Shown piece after piece: positions 1 through 12,952 of a stretch of 64,000 nucleotides of DNA. The stretch covers positions 112,594,001-112,658,000 of the forward strand of contig NC_087437.1 in NCBI RefSeq assembly GCF_036321535.1, written 5' to 3'. The DNA comes from Camelus dromedarius. Taxonomy: Eukaryota. Made by a program: the position numbers and the translations under genes. Under the pieces are notes generated by a model. The model saw nothing but the letters and a program-made list of their open reading frames with translations, ran no database searches and had not been told where the DNA came from. Positions within the stretch are counted from its first letter, which is position 1, and the number at the start of each line of letters is the position of its first letter.

Positions 1-1015
1 TTTTTAAAATTATATTTCTGCAGTGTAATTTATTTCAGACGTTCTGATTACAATTCCCCTCAGAAATTCTATTTCCTGGGCTTTCTTCCTTTTATCTCAG
101 ATTGTCAGTTTCATTTCCTTCCATGTACAGCTGGGACCTCAGATTGGGTCACATCACCTGTTTCCTTGCCCTCTTGTCTCTTCTGTCATTTCTGCCCCAC
201 GGATTCCATCATTAGACCAGCACAGCTATCTGTGTTCTGTTTCCTGTATTTGTGCTGTTAAAAGCCAGTTGAAGAAAACCCTACGAACTTGTGGACTTCT
301 GTCCTTACCCACTTAACTGTGTCCTTCTGTTTTTCTCTCCATTCCTCACAGACATTGTACCAAATTCGCCCCTTTCCTCAAGCCCCTCTGCTCCTCCCCA
401 GAGGCCTTCACTCTCTCAGGAGCACTTCTGCCTCCTGTCTGGGCCTGCTGCCCTCTTCCCAGGGAGCTCTTGTAAATCTATCCGATTCACACTTACTCTT
501 TGCTTCTTGAGATAAGAGGGAGGAGGAGGAGGTAGGTGTCTCCTTCCCTTCCCCTGTTCTGGCTGCTGTCCTCTTCTGTTTCCTCTGAGACTCTGATACT
601 CCCCTGTGCTCACTCCCCTTATTCGTGCCGCAGCTGTATCCCGTTTGACTGCTGTCTGCAGGTGCGGTGGTAGGAGCGAGGAGCACAGTGGTGACAGGTT
701 CATGTCTTCACTCTATTTATATCTCACTGGGACAGACATACATACCTTTCCTCCCCCAAGTCACAGAAATAAATGATTTCTAGCTGTTGTAAGTACTATA
801 AAGAAAGCATCCAACAGACATAGAAAACAAACTGTGGTTACCAAAGGGGAAAGGGGTGGGGAGGGAAGGAATAAACTAGGAGTTTGGGATTAGCATATAC
901 ACACTACTATATATAAAATAGATAAACAACAAGGACCTACTGTATAGCACAGATTTCTATAATCAATATCTTACGATAACCTATAGTGGAGAAGAATCTG
1001 AAAAAGAATGTATAT

Positions 1016-1020
<5 letters not shown>

Positions 1021-1064
<44 letters not shown>
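1021..1064. repeat. (TG)14(TA)8 compound microsatellite
   Basis: Read directly; inside the L1 3' UTR. Confidence 0.95.
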
Positions 1065-1065
<1 letters not shown>

Positions 1066-1123
1066 AACAATCATTTTGCTGTACTCCTGAAACTGACACA
1101 ATGTTATAAATCAACTATACTTC

Positions 1124-1165
<42 letters not shown>
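1124..1165. repeat. (AAT)14 microsatellite (L1 tail)
   Basis: Read directly. Confidence 0.95.
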
Positions 1166-1166
<1 letters not shown>

Positions 1167-2181
1167 TGTCCAAGAGGACCTAATCTAGTCTTAGAGTCCA
1201 GGGAAGATGTGACATTTACTTGGCATCTGAAGGATGTCTAGCAGTTCATCAGGAAAGGAAAGAAGTTTTTTGGCTGAGGGACCAGCACATGGGAGGGCTT
1301 GTGGCATCATGGGAGCACAGTATACTTGAGTAGAAGGCCACCATGGCTGCCCTGAGGATATTGGAGAGGGAGATAAGGCCAGCCCTCGCAGGGCCTTGTA
1401 GGCACATACAGAAGGGTTTGATGTCCATCTAAGAGCCCCAATCTGAATTATGCTTGGCTTTGTGTCTTCTGTGTCCCCATCCTCTGTTCCTTCCTTCACA
1501 CCCACTCAGGTTTGGCCCCCTTGACCTTGTACTATTGGCATCTCACGTCTTCCTCTAACAGCCATGTCTCTTGAAGAGTAGTCTGTAGGGTGCTTTGTTC
1601 CTGTTACCTGTTGCAGTCTGGTTCTGCCTCTGCTCCTCCATCGCTGATTTCCTGTGCACAATTTCCTATCAGTTTGTTGACCTTTCTGTGACATTCGACA
1701 CATTTTGCAGAAACAGTCTACTCCTTTGGCTTTCTCTGTCTTCTTGCCCTGTGTGTTCTCCCTTCTCTTACATCTAGGTCTTCTCAGTCTCCTTTGAAAA
1801 CTCCTTATCCTTAAACGTTTCTGTCCCTACGGGCTGTTCTTTCTACCCTGTTTTGACTCTACCCTGTCTTCCAGGACAGTCATCTCCACACTTAGTTTTA
1901 GCTGCCATGATTAAGTCCTGTTATCTGCCTGTCCATACCTGGAGCTCTATCCTTTCTTCTGAGTTCCAACCCTTTATCTGAGTGTCTGCTCGGTTCCTTG
2001 GGTGTTTCAAATGCATTGTGTCTAAAACATAGCTCACCACCACCTTTCTTCCCATCGACTTCTTTCTCTGCCTGTATTCCCCATTTTGGTGAATGATTCT
2101 GTTACCTACCCTTTTGTTCATTCTTTCAGCAGTTATTTATTGAGTACTATACAGCAACAACTATGTTATTAGATACTCTGA

Positions 2182-2858
2182 TGTAATAAAAAAATACAGT
2201 TAGTCTTTGTCCCTGGTTCCCGTCTAAGAGCTCCTAAAACCTTTGGACTTTCCTGAGTTGGTGGGAGTGCCTTTGGTTATTCAGAATGAGCCCTTTGGGA
2301 TCGTGCCTGAATTTATGCTAATGAAGGACTTTGCTCTTCCCACCACGATGGCCTCTGGGGGAGGGAGGAGGACCTGGAGGTTGAGGTCAGTCATGCCTAC
2401 ATGATGGAATCCCATATAACAATCCTCCGGTGATGAGGTTCGAGGAGCTTCTGGTTTGGTGAACACTTAGATGTGCAGGAAGGTGGGCACTTGTGTTCCT
2501 TGGAGAAGGAGAGGGTGTGGAATCTCTGTACCTCCCTTCCCACATATTTTGCCCTGTTAGCCCAAATGGCCAAATGGTTGTTCCTGAGTTACATCCTTTA
2601 TAATAAAACTGTAATCACAAATATGATGATTTCCTCACTTGTGTAACTCATGAATTATTGAACCTAAGTGGTGGGGGCGGCTGTGGTTGTGGGAGCCTGG
2701 GAATTTGTAGCCTGTCTGGCAAAAGTGCTGGTAGCTTGGGGAATACTTGAGACTTGTGGCTGGCATTTGAAGTAGGACTGAGCCCTTAACTTGTGGGATC
2801 TGCACTAAATTGAATTGTAGGACACTCCCCCCTCCCCCCCGGTTGGTGTCAAAACACA
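2182..2858 (+). mobile_element. MER21-like solo LTR
   Basis: 'gtctttgtccctggttccc...agagctcctaaaacctttgga...tttatgctaatga...tttataataaaactgtaa...ttggtgtca' resembles MER21; related copy at 57944-58823 in the opposite orientation. Ends approximate. Confidence 0.7.
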
Positions 2859-2890
2859 TATCCTGACTATAGAGTATATAGATATTTATA

Positions 2891-3216
2891 TGATTGTCCT
2901 TCGGTATCTGCGCTGTGGTGGGGTTGGTTCCAGGACCTCTCATGGTTACCAAAATTCCCAGATGCTCAAGTCTTTCATATAAAATGGTGTAGTGTTTGCA
3001 AATAACCTACACACTTCCTCCCGTATACTTTAAATTGTCTCTAGGTTGTTTATAATACCTAATACAATATTAATGCTATGCAAATAGTTGTCAGTGCTCA
3101 ACAAATCCAGGTTTTGCTTTTTGGAACTTTCTGGAAAAATTTTTTTCCATTTATTTTTCGATCTGAGGGTGATTGAATCCACAGCTGTAGGACCCGTGGA
3201 TACTGAGGGCCGACTG
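2891..3216 (+). mobile_element. MER2-like TcMar-Tigger MITE
   Basis: Degenerate terminal inverted repeats 'ttgtccttcggtatctgcg' / 'cgtggatactgagggccgactg'; characteristic 'gatgctcaagtc...ataaaatggtgtagt' core. Confidence 0.8.
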
Positions 3217-3576
3217 CATATGATACAGACTCAATACCAGTCCCTAAGCCAGACGGGCTGGCAGTCAGGTACAATTTAGCCCTGCAAGTGGCAGCCTGGA
3301 CTCTTTCTGATTCCGAAATTGGTTGCTAGATTTTGTCAGTTCTGCCTCCGCAACATCTTTTGAATTCATCTCTTTCTCTCTCTCCCTGTTGCTTCTGTCT
3401 TAGTCCAGGCCATCATCATTTTTCACTTCAGGATTTGTTCATCCTGGCTGCCGCTTCCTGACTGGTCTGTCTTCCCTAATCCTCTTGGTCTCACCTGCAC
3501 CTTGTTGCCAGAGGAGTGTACTGGTTCCTGTGCTGGCTCACAATAAAACCTTTCTCCATGGTTTCATCTCGTATGG

Positions 3577-4947
3577 TGATGGGTTTCAAACTTCAGACTT
3601 TCAAATCAGCACCCTTGTATACGCTTAAAAGTTATTAAGAACCCCAAGGAGCTTTTCTTTATGTGAGTTTTATCACTGTTTGTCAGATGAGAAATAAAAA
3701 CTGAGAAATTTATAAAATATTTATTGCAAATATTTGTAATAAACCCATTACACACTTTGCATAAAAACAGATTATTATGAAAACTGTTTTATAAGACAAA
3801 ACAAAAATTTAGTGAGAAGAGTGGCACCATTTTACATTTTTGCAAGTCTCTAACATCTGACTTAATAAAAGACAGCTGGATTCTCACAGCTGCTCTGTAG
3901 TCAGTCTGTTGCGAAATGTTTCGGTTGAAGAGTTGAAGAATATCTAGCTTTATGCAGATACGTAGTTGGAAAAAGTAGGAGTCTTTTAAAGGCATTTTCA
4001 GCAAATACTTTTTGATACTATACCAAAATTTGTGGGGTTTTTTTGATACTATACCGAAATTTGACATTGGTAGTTTTTTAAGGATTAGTTGCAATTTGAA
4101 TGACTGTTTTACTCCTGTATGATTTTATAACACCATGTTTTGGTCATTTGGAAAATACTGCTTCACTGAGTTCTGTGGATCTTCCAAATGTTGATACATT
4201 TCATTAAACAATATCACAAAATCTCATTTGTTAATATTACCATCCATCTTTCTAGAAAATTGTCTAAGCTTTTGGGAGGCAGTCTTAACACACAATGGCA
4301 GATGCTAGTTTTCCAAATTTAAAATTTTTACCCAAAAGCTCAACTTTTACCATCAGCTACAAATACCTCAGTCGTTTTTCTCAAAGCAGTAGACTCGCTT
4401 CATTTTTGAGAAACCATCTGCTGAATACTCAAGTCTGAATAACTGTAATTTTCCTCTTGTTCTGCCAAATAAAAATGATGTTTCATGAAAAAATTGGCTA
4501 TTTCAGCTAGTAACTCATTTGCACAAGTGTGTTTCTTTGAGACATTGGTCATAGTCTGTAGTGTGCCACAGACATTGCTTTGTGACTCCTTCTCTTCAGT
4601 CACACCAATATTAAACATGTGTATGCAAGGGCCAAGATTTAATAAAGTGACACTTCTTAGTGACTCATCAGGGACATTCTGGAATGAATTTTTTTCTTTT
4701 TACATCAGTTCATTTATTTAAATATGAATATGTGGCAGAGAAGAACACATTGACCACTCGTACAGTTAGGTGCCACTGCTAAGGTGGCTGCAGGTTCCCC
4801 CACCCTTGTTTTTGTATCAATGCAAATATAAATACAGTGAAAAGGGAAGGTAATGTCTGGGTACTATGAAAATAATAATTCTGATGTCAGGATCCCCAAA
4901 AGGGCCTTAGAATCTCCAGGGATCCACAGACCACACTGAGAATTGTG
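3577..4947 (+). mobile_element. Charlie1a-like hAT DNA transposon, degenerate, ~1.37 kb
   Basis: Start 'ttaaaagttattaagaaccccaaggagcttttctttatgtg', internal 'gtgagaagagtggcaccattttacatttttgcaa', end 'cagaccacactgagaa'; ORF 4400..4618(-) resembles a transposase remnant. Confidence 0.75.
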
Positions 4948-4958
4948 ACATAGGATAA

Positions 4959-5004
4959 AGTCTAAACCTTTATGCACAGTCTAAACCTTTATGCACAGTC
5001 TAAA
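4959..5004. repeat. 19-bp tandem duplication (AGTCTAAACCTTTATGCAC x2.4)
   Basis: Exact direct repeat read from the sequence. Confidence 0.95.
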
Positions 5005-5175
5005 GAGTGCTTTATTCTCTGTCCCTGTTGACCTTTCTGATTTTCCCTCTCCATCTATACCTCACCTTTCCTATCTCTGGCCACCTGCAGCTCAAAATGT
5101 GGTCCTTTTGCCACATGAATTTGCCTTGATATTTCATTTCCCTCAACCAATCCATGTACCTTTGCCTCTTCCTTC

Positions 5176-5759
5176 ATTTTTTAAAAAAAATTTTAACTTT
5201 TAATTTTATTTGTTTATTGAAGTATAGTCAGTTACAATGTGTCAATTTCTGGTGTATAGCACAATGTCCCAATTATACATATATATATATACATATATTT
5301 GTTTTCATTAAAGGTTATTACAAGATATCAAATATAGTTCCTTGTGCTATACAGAAGAAATCTGTTTTTTAATCTATTTTTATATATAGTAGTTAGTATT
5401 TGCAAATCTTGAAGTCCCAAATTTACCCCTTCTGACCCCCTTACCCCCAGTAAACATAAGATTGTTTACTATGACTGTGAATCTGTTTGTTTTGTAGATG
5501 TGTTCATTAGTGTCTTCTTTCTTTTTTTAGATTCCACATATGAGTAATATCATGTGGTATTGTTCTTTCTCTTTCTGGCTTACTTCACTTAGAGTGACGA
5601 TCTCCAGGTCCATCCATGTTGCTGCATATGGCATTATTTTATTCTTTTTTATGGCTGAGTAGTATTCCACTGTATGAATATGCCACAACTTCTTTATTCA
5701 GTCATCTGTCGATGGACATTTAGGTTGCCTCCATGTTTTGGCTGTTGTATATAGTACTG
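5176..5759 (-). mobile_element. 5'-truncated L1 with exact 13-bp TSD
   Basis: L1 3' UTR/ORF2 end on the minus strand; TSD TGCCTCTTCCTTC at 5163-5175 and 5760-5772. Confidence 0.92.
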
Positions 5760-7278
5760 TGCCTCTTCCTTCTGCCTCCCCTACTCTGGCTCTACTGATA
5801 ACTTTGGCCAAATAGGGTCTCCCTGAGGTGGAAGTTCCTGCCCCAGCTATTTCCCTCTGATTCCCATCCCCGTCACAAACTTTTGACTGTACCTCTTTCC
5901 ATCTGTTTCCTAGGTTCCTCTGATTTATAATTCTTAATTTCACAGTCCTGTCATAACAGGAAAGCATTTTACAGCCCTCTTGTGACTTAAACTTATTCAT
6001 GCTGCTGTTTTGCATGCCAAATCTTTTTACTGCTAATTCAGTGAAACATTTGAACAAATAGGCGGTAGGATTTTTTTTTTTTCAGTCTTCTGTCTGCTTA
6101 TATCAGAAATGGTATTGAAGATAGGTCTACCCAAGGAATAGCCTGATTTCCTTTAAAAACTACGTGAATGATACTTATTTTCCTAATTAGGATACTCTTC
6201 TGTTGTCTTCTAGATTCTGGGTTATATGCAGCTGAGTTCAGCAGATAATTGATTTAGATAAGCAATCTAGAGTTGTGCTGAATTCATGTAAAGTATGCTT
6301 TAGAATGACTTTTGTGTTGTCTGACACACACCCATCAACCCTGCCTCACACATACCCATCCCTGCTCAGGTATTTTGCAAGAGATATAGCCCATCTAAAG
6401 TTTGTTTTCCACAATTCTGTGAGATAGATGGTAAACACCCTTATGTTACTGATGAGAAAACAGAACCTCACATTTACTGCCATTTCTAGTAATGAAATGT
6501 TACAAATGGCACATTGAGTAGCTGAACTTAAAAAATTCTTTAGTTACCACAGAAGTAAATAGGAATATAACATTATGAAATGACACTTGGTGTAAATGAG
6601 CATTTATCAGGGCTTCAGTCCACCTCTTAATTCTAGAGGAACAGGAATTGTTTGTGAAGGATGATTCTAGCTATGGCCTAAAATACCTTCAGATTCTGAG
6701 GTCCCATAACTCTAGACAGTTGCAGCAATGTTAGATACATCATGCAGTTATGCCTGTAATTATTGCTCAGTAAATGAAATCTATAAACTCCGGCCTTGTG
6801 TTCATATTGGTTTTATTATGAAATATATTACCTTTTAGATTTCTTGTAAAGTTTGAGCTTCAGTTTACAAAGCCATTAACTGATACGTAATTATCCTGCA
6901 AATTATGGGTTTGAGTTAGATGGGCCTTTAGGCCCTGGCTTTCCTGGTAACTGTAACCTCTTAGAATTGTGGTCAAGATGCAATCCAGATTCTCTTGGAA
7001 GTGGACTGTTGAGTCACATTATCCTGAATAGCCTTTTGTCAGATTCAGAGATCTTAGAAAAGTCCTAAATTGGAATGATACAGTGACATTCAGCCAACTG
7101 GTTTGGGGTTACTTCTTTGTGACATTCCTAAACCCAATTCAAGAGTTCTAGAACCAAGATTTGTGCAGACAGTGGGGGCTGGAACTTGAAAGTGACGTAT
7201 CAGAATGTAGCTACTAGCATTTTCTATGAAAATCCTCAGCCAGCCATTCAGGCAAGCCCTATTATTTCATGGTTGAGA

Positions 7279-7480
7279 GGCAGCATAGCAAAGGGATTAA
7301 GAGCACAAATTCTGAAGCCAAACTGCTCAGCTACTGATTGTATGACCATAAGCCAGGTATTTAGCTTCTCTGTACCTGTTTCCTCATTTATAAAATGGCT
7401 TTGTTTCACAGTTCTTGCCTTGCAGGGTTGTTGTGAGGATGTTAAAGCATCTAGCACAATGCTTCACTAAATAATAAGCA
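7279..7480 (+). mobile_element. MIR SINE
   Basis: 'gcagcatagcaaagggattaagagcac...ctgtttcctcatttataaaatgg...gggttgttgtgaggat' MIR core. Confidence 0.75.
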
Positions 7481-7732
7481 CTTTTTGAGAAATGACTATT
7501 ACCATTATTTTATCATTACCTATGATCCAATCCTGGATTTATAATTTAAGATAAAAAGAAGGTATTATACAGTATCAATTCCAAATGATTCTATGACCTC
7601 TTTTAACTTCTCAGTTGCTCTTTCCATCTTCTGGAAGGTTGGCATTTGTCTTAAGATTAGTAGAGAGGAGAGGACCAGATGCATAGTAGGTTTAAAAGTG
7701 CCTTCATCTACTTATAAAAAGTTAATTAAACA

Positions 7733-8556
7733 TAGAGCTCTTATAATCCAACAACAAAAAGAAACAACCCCATTTAAAAAATGGGCAAAACACATGAATA
7801 GGCGTTTCTGCAAAGAAGGTGGTGCAAATACCCAACAAGCACATGAAAAAACTTTCAATGTACTTAGTCATTAGGGAAATGGAGACCTATAGTATGAGAT
7901 GCCACTTCACCCCTATTAGGATGGTTATTAAAAAGCAACAGCAAAATAAAGTTTTGACAAGAATGTGGAAAAAATTGGAATTGCTGATAGGAATGCAAAA
8001 TTTTTCCACTGCTATTCCTTAATATAAAGCTAAATACAAAGTTATATGGCCTGGCAGTTCCATTCCTAGGTATATACCCAAAAGAATTGAAGAAAAGTGT
8101 TCCAGGGAAAATTTGTGACATGTTCATGGCAGCACTGTTCACAGTAGCCGAAAGGTAGAAACACTCAAATGTCCATCAACTTTTATTTAATCAATGAACA
8201 AACAAAATGTGGTATATTCTTATAGTGGAATATTAATCAGCCATAAGATGGAATCAATGATACATATCACAACAGGGATGAACCTTGGAAACATGCTAAG
8301 TGAAAGAAACCCAACACAAAAGGCCACGTACTGTATCATCCATTTGTATGAAATACTCAGAATAGGTGAATCTGTAGAAAGCAGATCAGTAGTTGCTAGG
8401 GGCAGGATACGGGGTTTCTTTTGGAGATGAAAATCTTCTGGAACCAGGTGTTGGTGATGGTTACACAACATTGTGAGTGTATCACGTGTCACTGAATTGT
8501 ACTGTGAAATGATTTAAATGCTAAATTTTATGTTCTGTGTTTTAAAAAGAAAAAAC
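7733..8556 (+). mobile_element. Old L1 (L1MB-like) ORF2 end and 3' UTR
   Basis: 'aacaaccccatttaaaaaatgggcaaaa...catgaaaaaa...tcattagggaaatg...aaccttggaaacatgctaagtgaaagaa'; degenerate ORF2 peptides in the ORF track. Confidence 0.85.
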
Positions 8557-8759
8557 TTAGGCATGGCATTTATTTAATTTATCTTAGTGGTGGCTTTGTT
8601 AAATTTTTTTTCTTAAACTTGTTTTTTCTTTTTGGCAATTTAAAGATGTGATCATTTTCATTTCCTGTATAGTTCAATGAAATATAATTATTCTCTTAGA
8701 TCTAGAAAAGATAGAAAGTAAAAGCCATGAGACTTTTGATACCTGTTCTTTCCTTAGCA

Positions 8760-9059
8760 CACAGGTTCTCAAACTCTAGTCTGGAGCCCCCAGGGGTTGT
8801 TGAGACCCTTTCAGAGGGTCTGCAAGTTTAGATTATGTTCATAATGATGATTAAGACGTGATTTCCCTTTTTTTACTGTCATTCCTCGTAAGTGTTCAGT
8901 GTAGTTTCCAGGGGCTTTATGCATTTGATGACATCATGTCTTTAATGATTATGTGCTTATGTATGTCTTTTTTTAGAATTTCTAAGATAAGTTCTTTGAG
9001 TTCCTTAATAATTTTTAAGAATGTAAGAGTCCTGAGGCCAAGAAGTTCGAGAATCAGTG
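8760..9059. mobile_element. hAT-Charlie MITE (MER106-like), 300 bp
   Basis: Termini CACAGGTTCTCAAA / TTCGAGAATCAGTG; 8-bp TSD ccttagca (8752-8759) / tcttagca (9060-9067). Confidence 0.75.
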
Positions 9060-9182
9060 TCTTAGCAAAAATGTTCTGTGCTAATAAAAAACAAAAAAAT
9101 GTGTGAAATGCCTGCCTGCGTTATGTATATTTGAAAATAGAGGGAAAATAAATTGCAAGCCAAAATTTTCATTTTCTTTTCT

Positions 9183-9185
<3 letters not shown>

Positions 9186-9213
<28 letters not shown>
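9186..9213. repeat. (ATTG)7 microsatellite
   Basis: Read directly. Confidence 0.95.
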
Positions 9214-9444
9214 GTGATTTTATGTCTTTATTGCTCAGAAGTTATTAGATTTGGAGCCAACGTGTTCTTTTCAGGACATTATAAATCTCCAGTTTAGGAA
9301 AAGGATCTCGGTTATTGGTTAAGTCTACAGTTTTAAATTTGAACACATTTTACAATAGGAATGACTTTAGATATGTTGATTAACTTTATTGTATTCCGTT
9401 CCCCCTAACTTTTATAACACATTATGTATTTGAAGCATCGTGAT

Positions 9445-9655
9445 AAGAACTGATGTTTACTGAGTGCCTACTGTGTGTAGACAGTGTTCTAGGTGTTTTC
9501 CCACGTGATAGCTCATCTAATCCTGCCAAGAACTCTGCAGAATAATTACTGTTATAAGTGGTTAAGTAACTTACCCACAACTGGTAAGCGGCAGATCTGG
9601 TATTAAGACCCATGCAGTCTGGTTCCAGAGTGTGCACTGTTAACACTATGCTATA
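9445..9655 (-). mobile_element. MIR SINE
   Basis: 'tttactgagtgcctactgtgtg...ggttaagtaacttaccca...cagtctggttccagagt...actatgcta'. Confidence 0.75.
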
Positions 9656-11412
9656 TGCTACCTCTGTGTATGTGTACCATGTAATAATAGCTCTCTGGGA
9701 ATATATATAGAAAGTTCCCACTGGAAGGTCCACATTTCTGCCTCACTGTATGTAGTACTGTGTGGCAGTGGTGGTAGGTTTGAGGGGGGCCTGGGTGTAG
9801 TGCCTAGGGCAGGAGCTCCAGTGAAAAACAGCTTGCAGGAGACATGGGGAGCAAGGATAGGAGGATGGAGAGGCCGAAACTCTTGACCAAGACACTTCTG
9901 GTCCAGTTTTCTAGTTGGATGCTTCCTTCCTGGAGACTGGCTCAGTTTTATGACTTGTAAGAGCATCTCTCCCCTTTTCTGCAGCCCTTTGGAACAAGTT
10001 AGATTTTCACAGTTTTCTCCTAACCTGTCTTTAAGTGATGTATTTACTCCATTTGAATGATTCTGAGGGTTTTTACTACCAACAAGAAATGAGAAAGAAG
10101 GTTGAGGTGAGGAAGGTGTTAAAGGTACCCTTAAAAAAAGTAACTGAGAACTAGTAGATACAGCTGTTAGTGGTGATAGGGGTCTTTGAGATTCAAATAA
10201 AGTAAAAGTTGTCAACCTCTAAGAATGTCACCCACCTTGATTTGGCTCCCCCAGGCTTGTTATCACTGAGACAAGGAGAGGCTCTTTGCCAGGAGGAATA
10301 AGCCAGGCCTCTAGCCATGAGCTAGAAGTGGGGAAAGTTGCCAAGAGATCTGCACTGGGCTCAGCGAAGTGCCCTCCCACCTTCTCCCAATTTTTTTCTT
10401 CCTACTGTCAGTCTGTCTATCTCAGATCCCTCTCTAGGTCCAAGATCCACACTGGAGCTACCTGGGAAGCAGGGATGGGGCTGGGGATGTTCCAGGCAGT
10501 TCGTGTGAAGGGGAGGCTCCACTTGTGTTAAAAATTGGGTGTTTTTGAACTTTTCCTCAAGGGACTTTCTTTGCTCTGTGACCATATGGGTCCCTCCATC
10601 AATGAACCCTGGGAGGGAAGCACAGCTCTGCAGGGCCAGTGAGATACAGAGCCAGCCCAGGAATTCCCGCTGGAAACTGTGACCGGACAGTAGGTGATCC
10701 TCCTTCCTGCTTCTTTAAACACCTCTATTTTAAAAAAGGTTTTTAAAGCTGAATCCTTGAAAAAATGTTGTGTGGACTCCTGAAGAAGTTGGCTGAAGGG
10801 GACCTGGGGCAGGGGAGGGAGGAGGGCAGATATTGTCTCTCCTTTGCCACCCTTGGTACCGTGGAGTGGGTTCCAGTCATGTTCATGACTATTGTCCACA
10901 AGTTCTGGTTTGTTTACATAGAAGCAGGGAGAGAAGAAGGTATTTTTAACTAGTGTTATCTCTGCATGAAAAATGGCTATTTGTGAGATATTTTCATTTA
11001 CGCTTTTTATATGTTCGTGGTTTTATTTTCCACTTAATTGTTTTTATGACACAAGATGTCTATGATATTAAAATCTCTCGGAGTAGCATCCTGTATACTC
11101 AGCCGCCCAACTCAGAAGCTTATACCACATCCTGGATTCCTTCCTCTTCCTTACACCACTTGTAACCCGGCACTGTTGATCTGGCTTAGTTCTCATTTTT
11201 TCAGGCCACTCAGCTACTTCTCCAGCCTTGGATCTGCTCTCTCTCCAGCCAGTTTTGTCCTCCTTCCTTTTCTTTTCCTGTAAGAGTAGCAGTTTTCAGA
11301 CATTTTCATCTTAAAACCCCGTCATACACATAAAATATATTGATAACTCTCAAAGACCTTTTGTTTATGTGTGTCCTCTTTATTGATAGTATCAAATTAA
11401 AATTCAAACAGA

Positions 11413-11565
11413 GGGGGAAGGTATAGCTCAGTGGTAGAGTGGGTACTTAGTATGCACGAGGTCCTGGGTTCAACCCCCAGTACCTCGATTAAAATAGAAA
11501 TAAATAAATAAACTTAATTATTTAGGTTTATAAATAAATAAATAAATCTAATCCCCACCCTCAAA
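11413..11565 (+). mobile_element. tRNA-derived SINE (camelid Vic-1 type)
   Basis: Head 'ggggaaggtatagctcagtggtagag...gaggtcctgggttcaacccccagtacctc' with Pol III A/B boxes, then an (AAAT)n tail. Confidence 0.9.
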
Positions 11566-11671
11566 ACATATCTGAAGCCAGAGATGAATTGAAACAAACA
11601 AAAACTCTAAGATGGAAAATTTACCTATTTTAAAAACTTTTAGTTTATTAATTCATTTAAAAATTAATAGT

Positions 11672-11820
11672 GGAGGAGGGTATAACTCAGTGATTGAGTG
11701 CAAGTTTATCAGGCACGAGGTCCTAGATTCAGTCCACAGTACCTCCATTTAGAAAAAAAAAAAGTAAATAAATTAAATAAACCATATTACCTCTTCCCCC
11801 CAAAAAAACAACAAAAAAGA
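11672..11820 (+). mobile_element. tRNA-derived SINE (Vic-1 type)
   Basis: 'ggaggagggtataactcagtg...gaggtcctagattcagtccacagtacctcca' plus A-rich tail; flanks aaaattaata / aaaatcaata. Confidence 0.88.
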
Positions 11821-12069
11821 AAAATCAATAATAAATTCATAACAAGTTAGCATCAAAAACTCTAATGAAAATAGCTCTGTTTTTCATAACAAAGAATTGT
11901 AGTGAGAAAAGTGGCATTGTTTGCATTTTTGCAGATCTCTTCAATGTCCGGTCTAATAGAAGTCAGCTGGATTCTCATTACTGCTACATTCCCTTGGTCA
12001 TCACGGCCAGCTCTCAACCTTGTCAGACCCAGCACTCCCTTTTTGTGAAGCCTCTTTTGTTCTCATGAA

Positions 12070-12666
12070 GTTAAATTCATCAGTAGTATACACATAATTT
12101 CAAAACTCTCAATGTAATGTCTCAATATTTTTATAAAGAAGAAATAAAGTATTTCTTTGACATTTGAGTTTGTTGGAACTTGGTCTGAATTTCACAAGGA
12201 GACAGAGAGTGAGATGCTCATTGCAAATACAGTAGCTGCCAGTGCATCCTGATGGAGATGATTCAGATATTGACAAGGGCATTATTATTATAATTATTAT
12301 TTACATTATTGTTAATGACATGACTTTTCCAAAATTGTGAAGAACTTTTGGTAAAACTGAAAACAGTGTTCTTTTGAATTGTGCTCCTATCAACTTGTGT
12401 GTATAGTAAAAACTTGCAAAAGTTCCTTTGTATTTATATGTAAAATGGAATTTGGTTCTAGGCTCAGATAATTATAAGTGGATTTTTTTCCCCTACAGGA
12501 ATGTCTGGAGAGACATTCTAGTCACATGGGTCAATTCCTTGTATGGGACTGTTCTGAGTAGCCTGTTAAATGCCAGTGATGCCTCCCAGTGAATGTGACA
12601 ACCAAAAATACCCCACATATTTCCGAAATCCACTGGGGAATGGTACATACCTATTGAGAACCACTG
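12070..12666. mobile_element. Degenerate hAT-Charlie element
   Basis: Ends in the hAT terminus 'ttgagaaccactg' with a MER3/MER20-like 'gtgacaaccaaaaat' subterminal motif; left boundary uncertain. Confidence 0.5.
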
Positions 12667-12952
12667 ATTAATGGAATCTTAGCTGGGTTAAAAAAAATTG
12701 TTTTTGATGTTGAATGATCATTTAAAAAAATAATTTATGTTATAAAAGAATTTCTAATTGGGAGAATAATTGCCTATAATCTCATTCAGTATAATCAGTA
12801 TTAATATTTTGTTCTATATTTGTCTTGCCTTTTTTGGTTGTTGCTGTTCTTTTATAGAAAAATTTTCCTATCAAAAACAGGATCATTTATAAACTACTTT
12901 TTTTTAACTTGACTTAATGCAACTTGATTTTACCTAATTCATATGTCTCTCC

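Larger units (their letters stand above)
813..1165 (+). mobile_element. 5'-truncated L1 3' UTR (cetartiodactyl type)
   Basis: Typical 'gacatagaaaacaaactgtggttaccaaaggggaaagggg...ctgtatagcacag...aaatcaactatacttcaataa' with an (AAT)n tail. Confidence 0.85.
11290..11985 (+). mobile_element. Charlie1-like hAT fragment interrupted by two SINEs
   Basis: Shares 'gtgagaaaagtggcattgtttgcatttttgca...cagctggattctca' with the 3577-4947 copy. Confidence 0.65.

Noticed and set aside
9658..10215. Longest ORF (185 aa, minus strand)
   Set aside because: Non-ATG start, no recognisable domain and no splice or promoter support.
10655..10675. NF-kB-like AGGAATTCCC in a GC-richer patch
   Set aside because: A single short motif with no supporting evidence; not distinguishable from chance.
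11413..11490. tRNA-Ala-like sequences (here and eight other sites) as tRNA genes
   Set aside because: Diverged, followed by A-rich tails and often TSDs; they are SINE heads.
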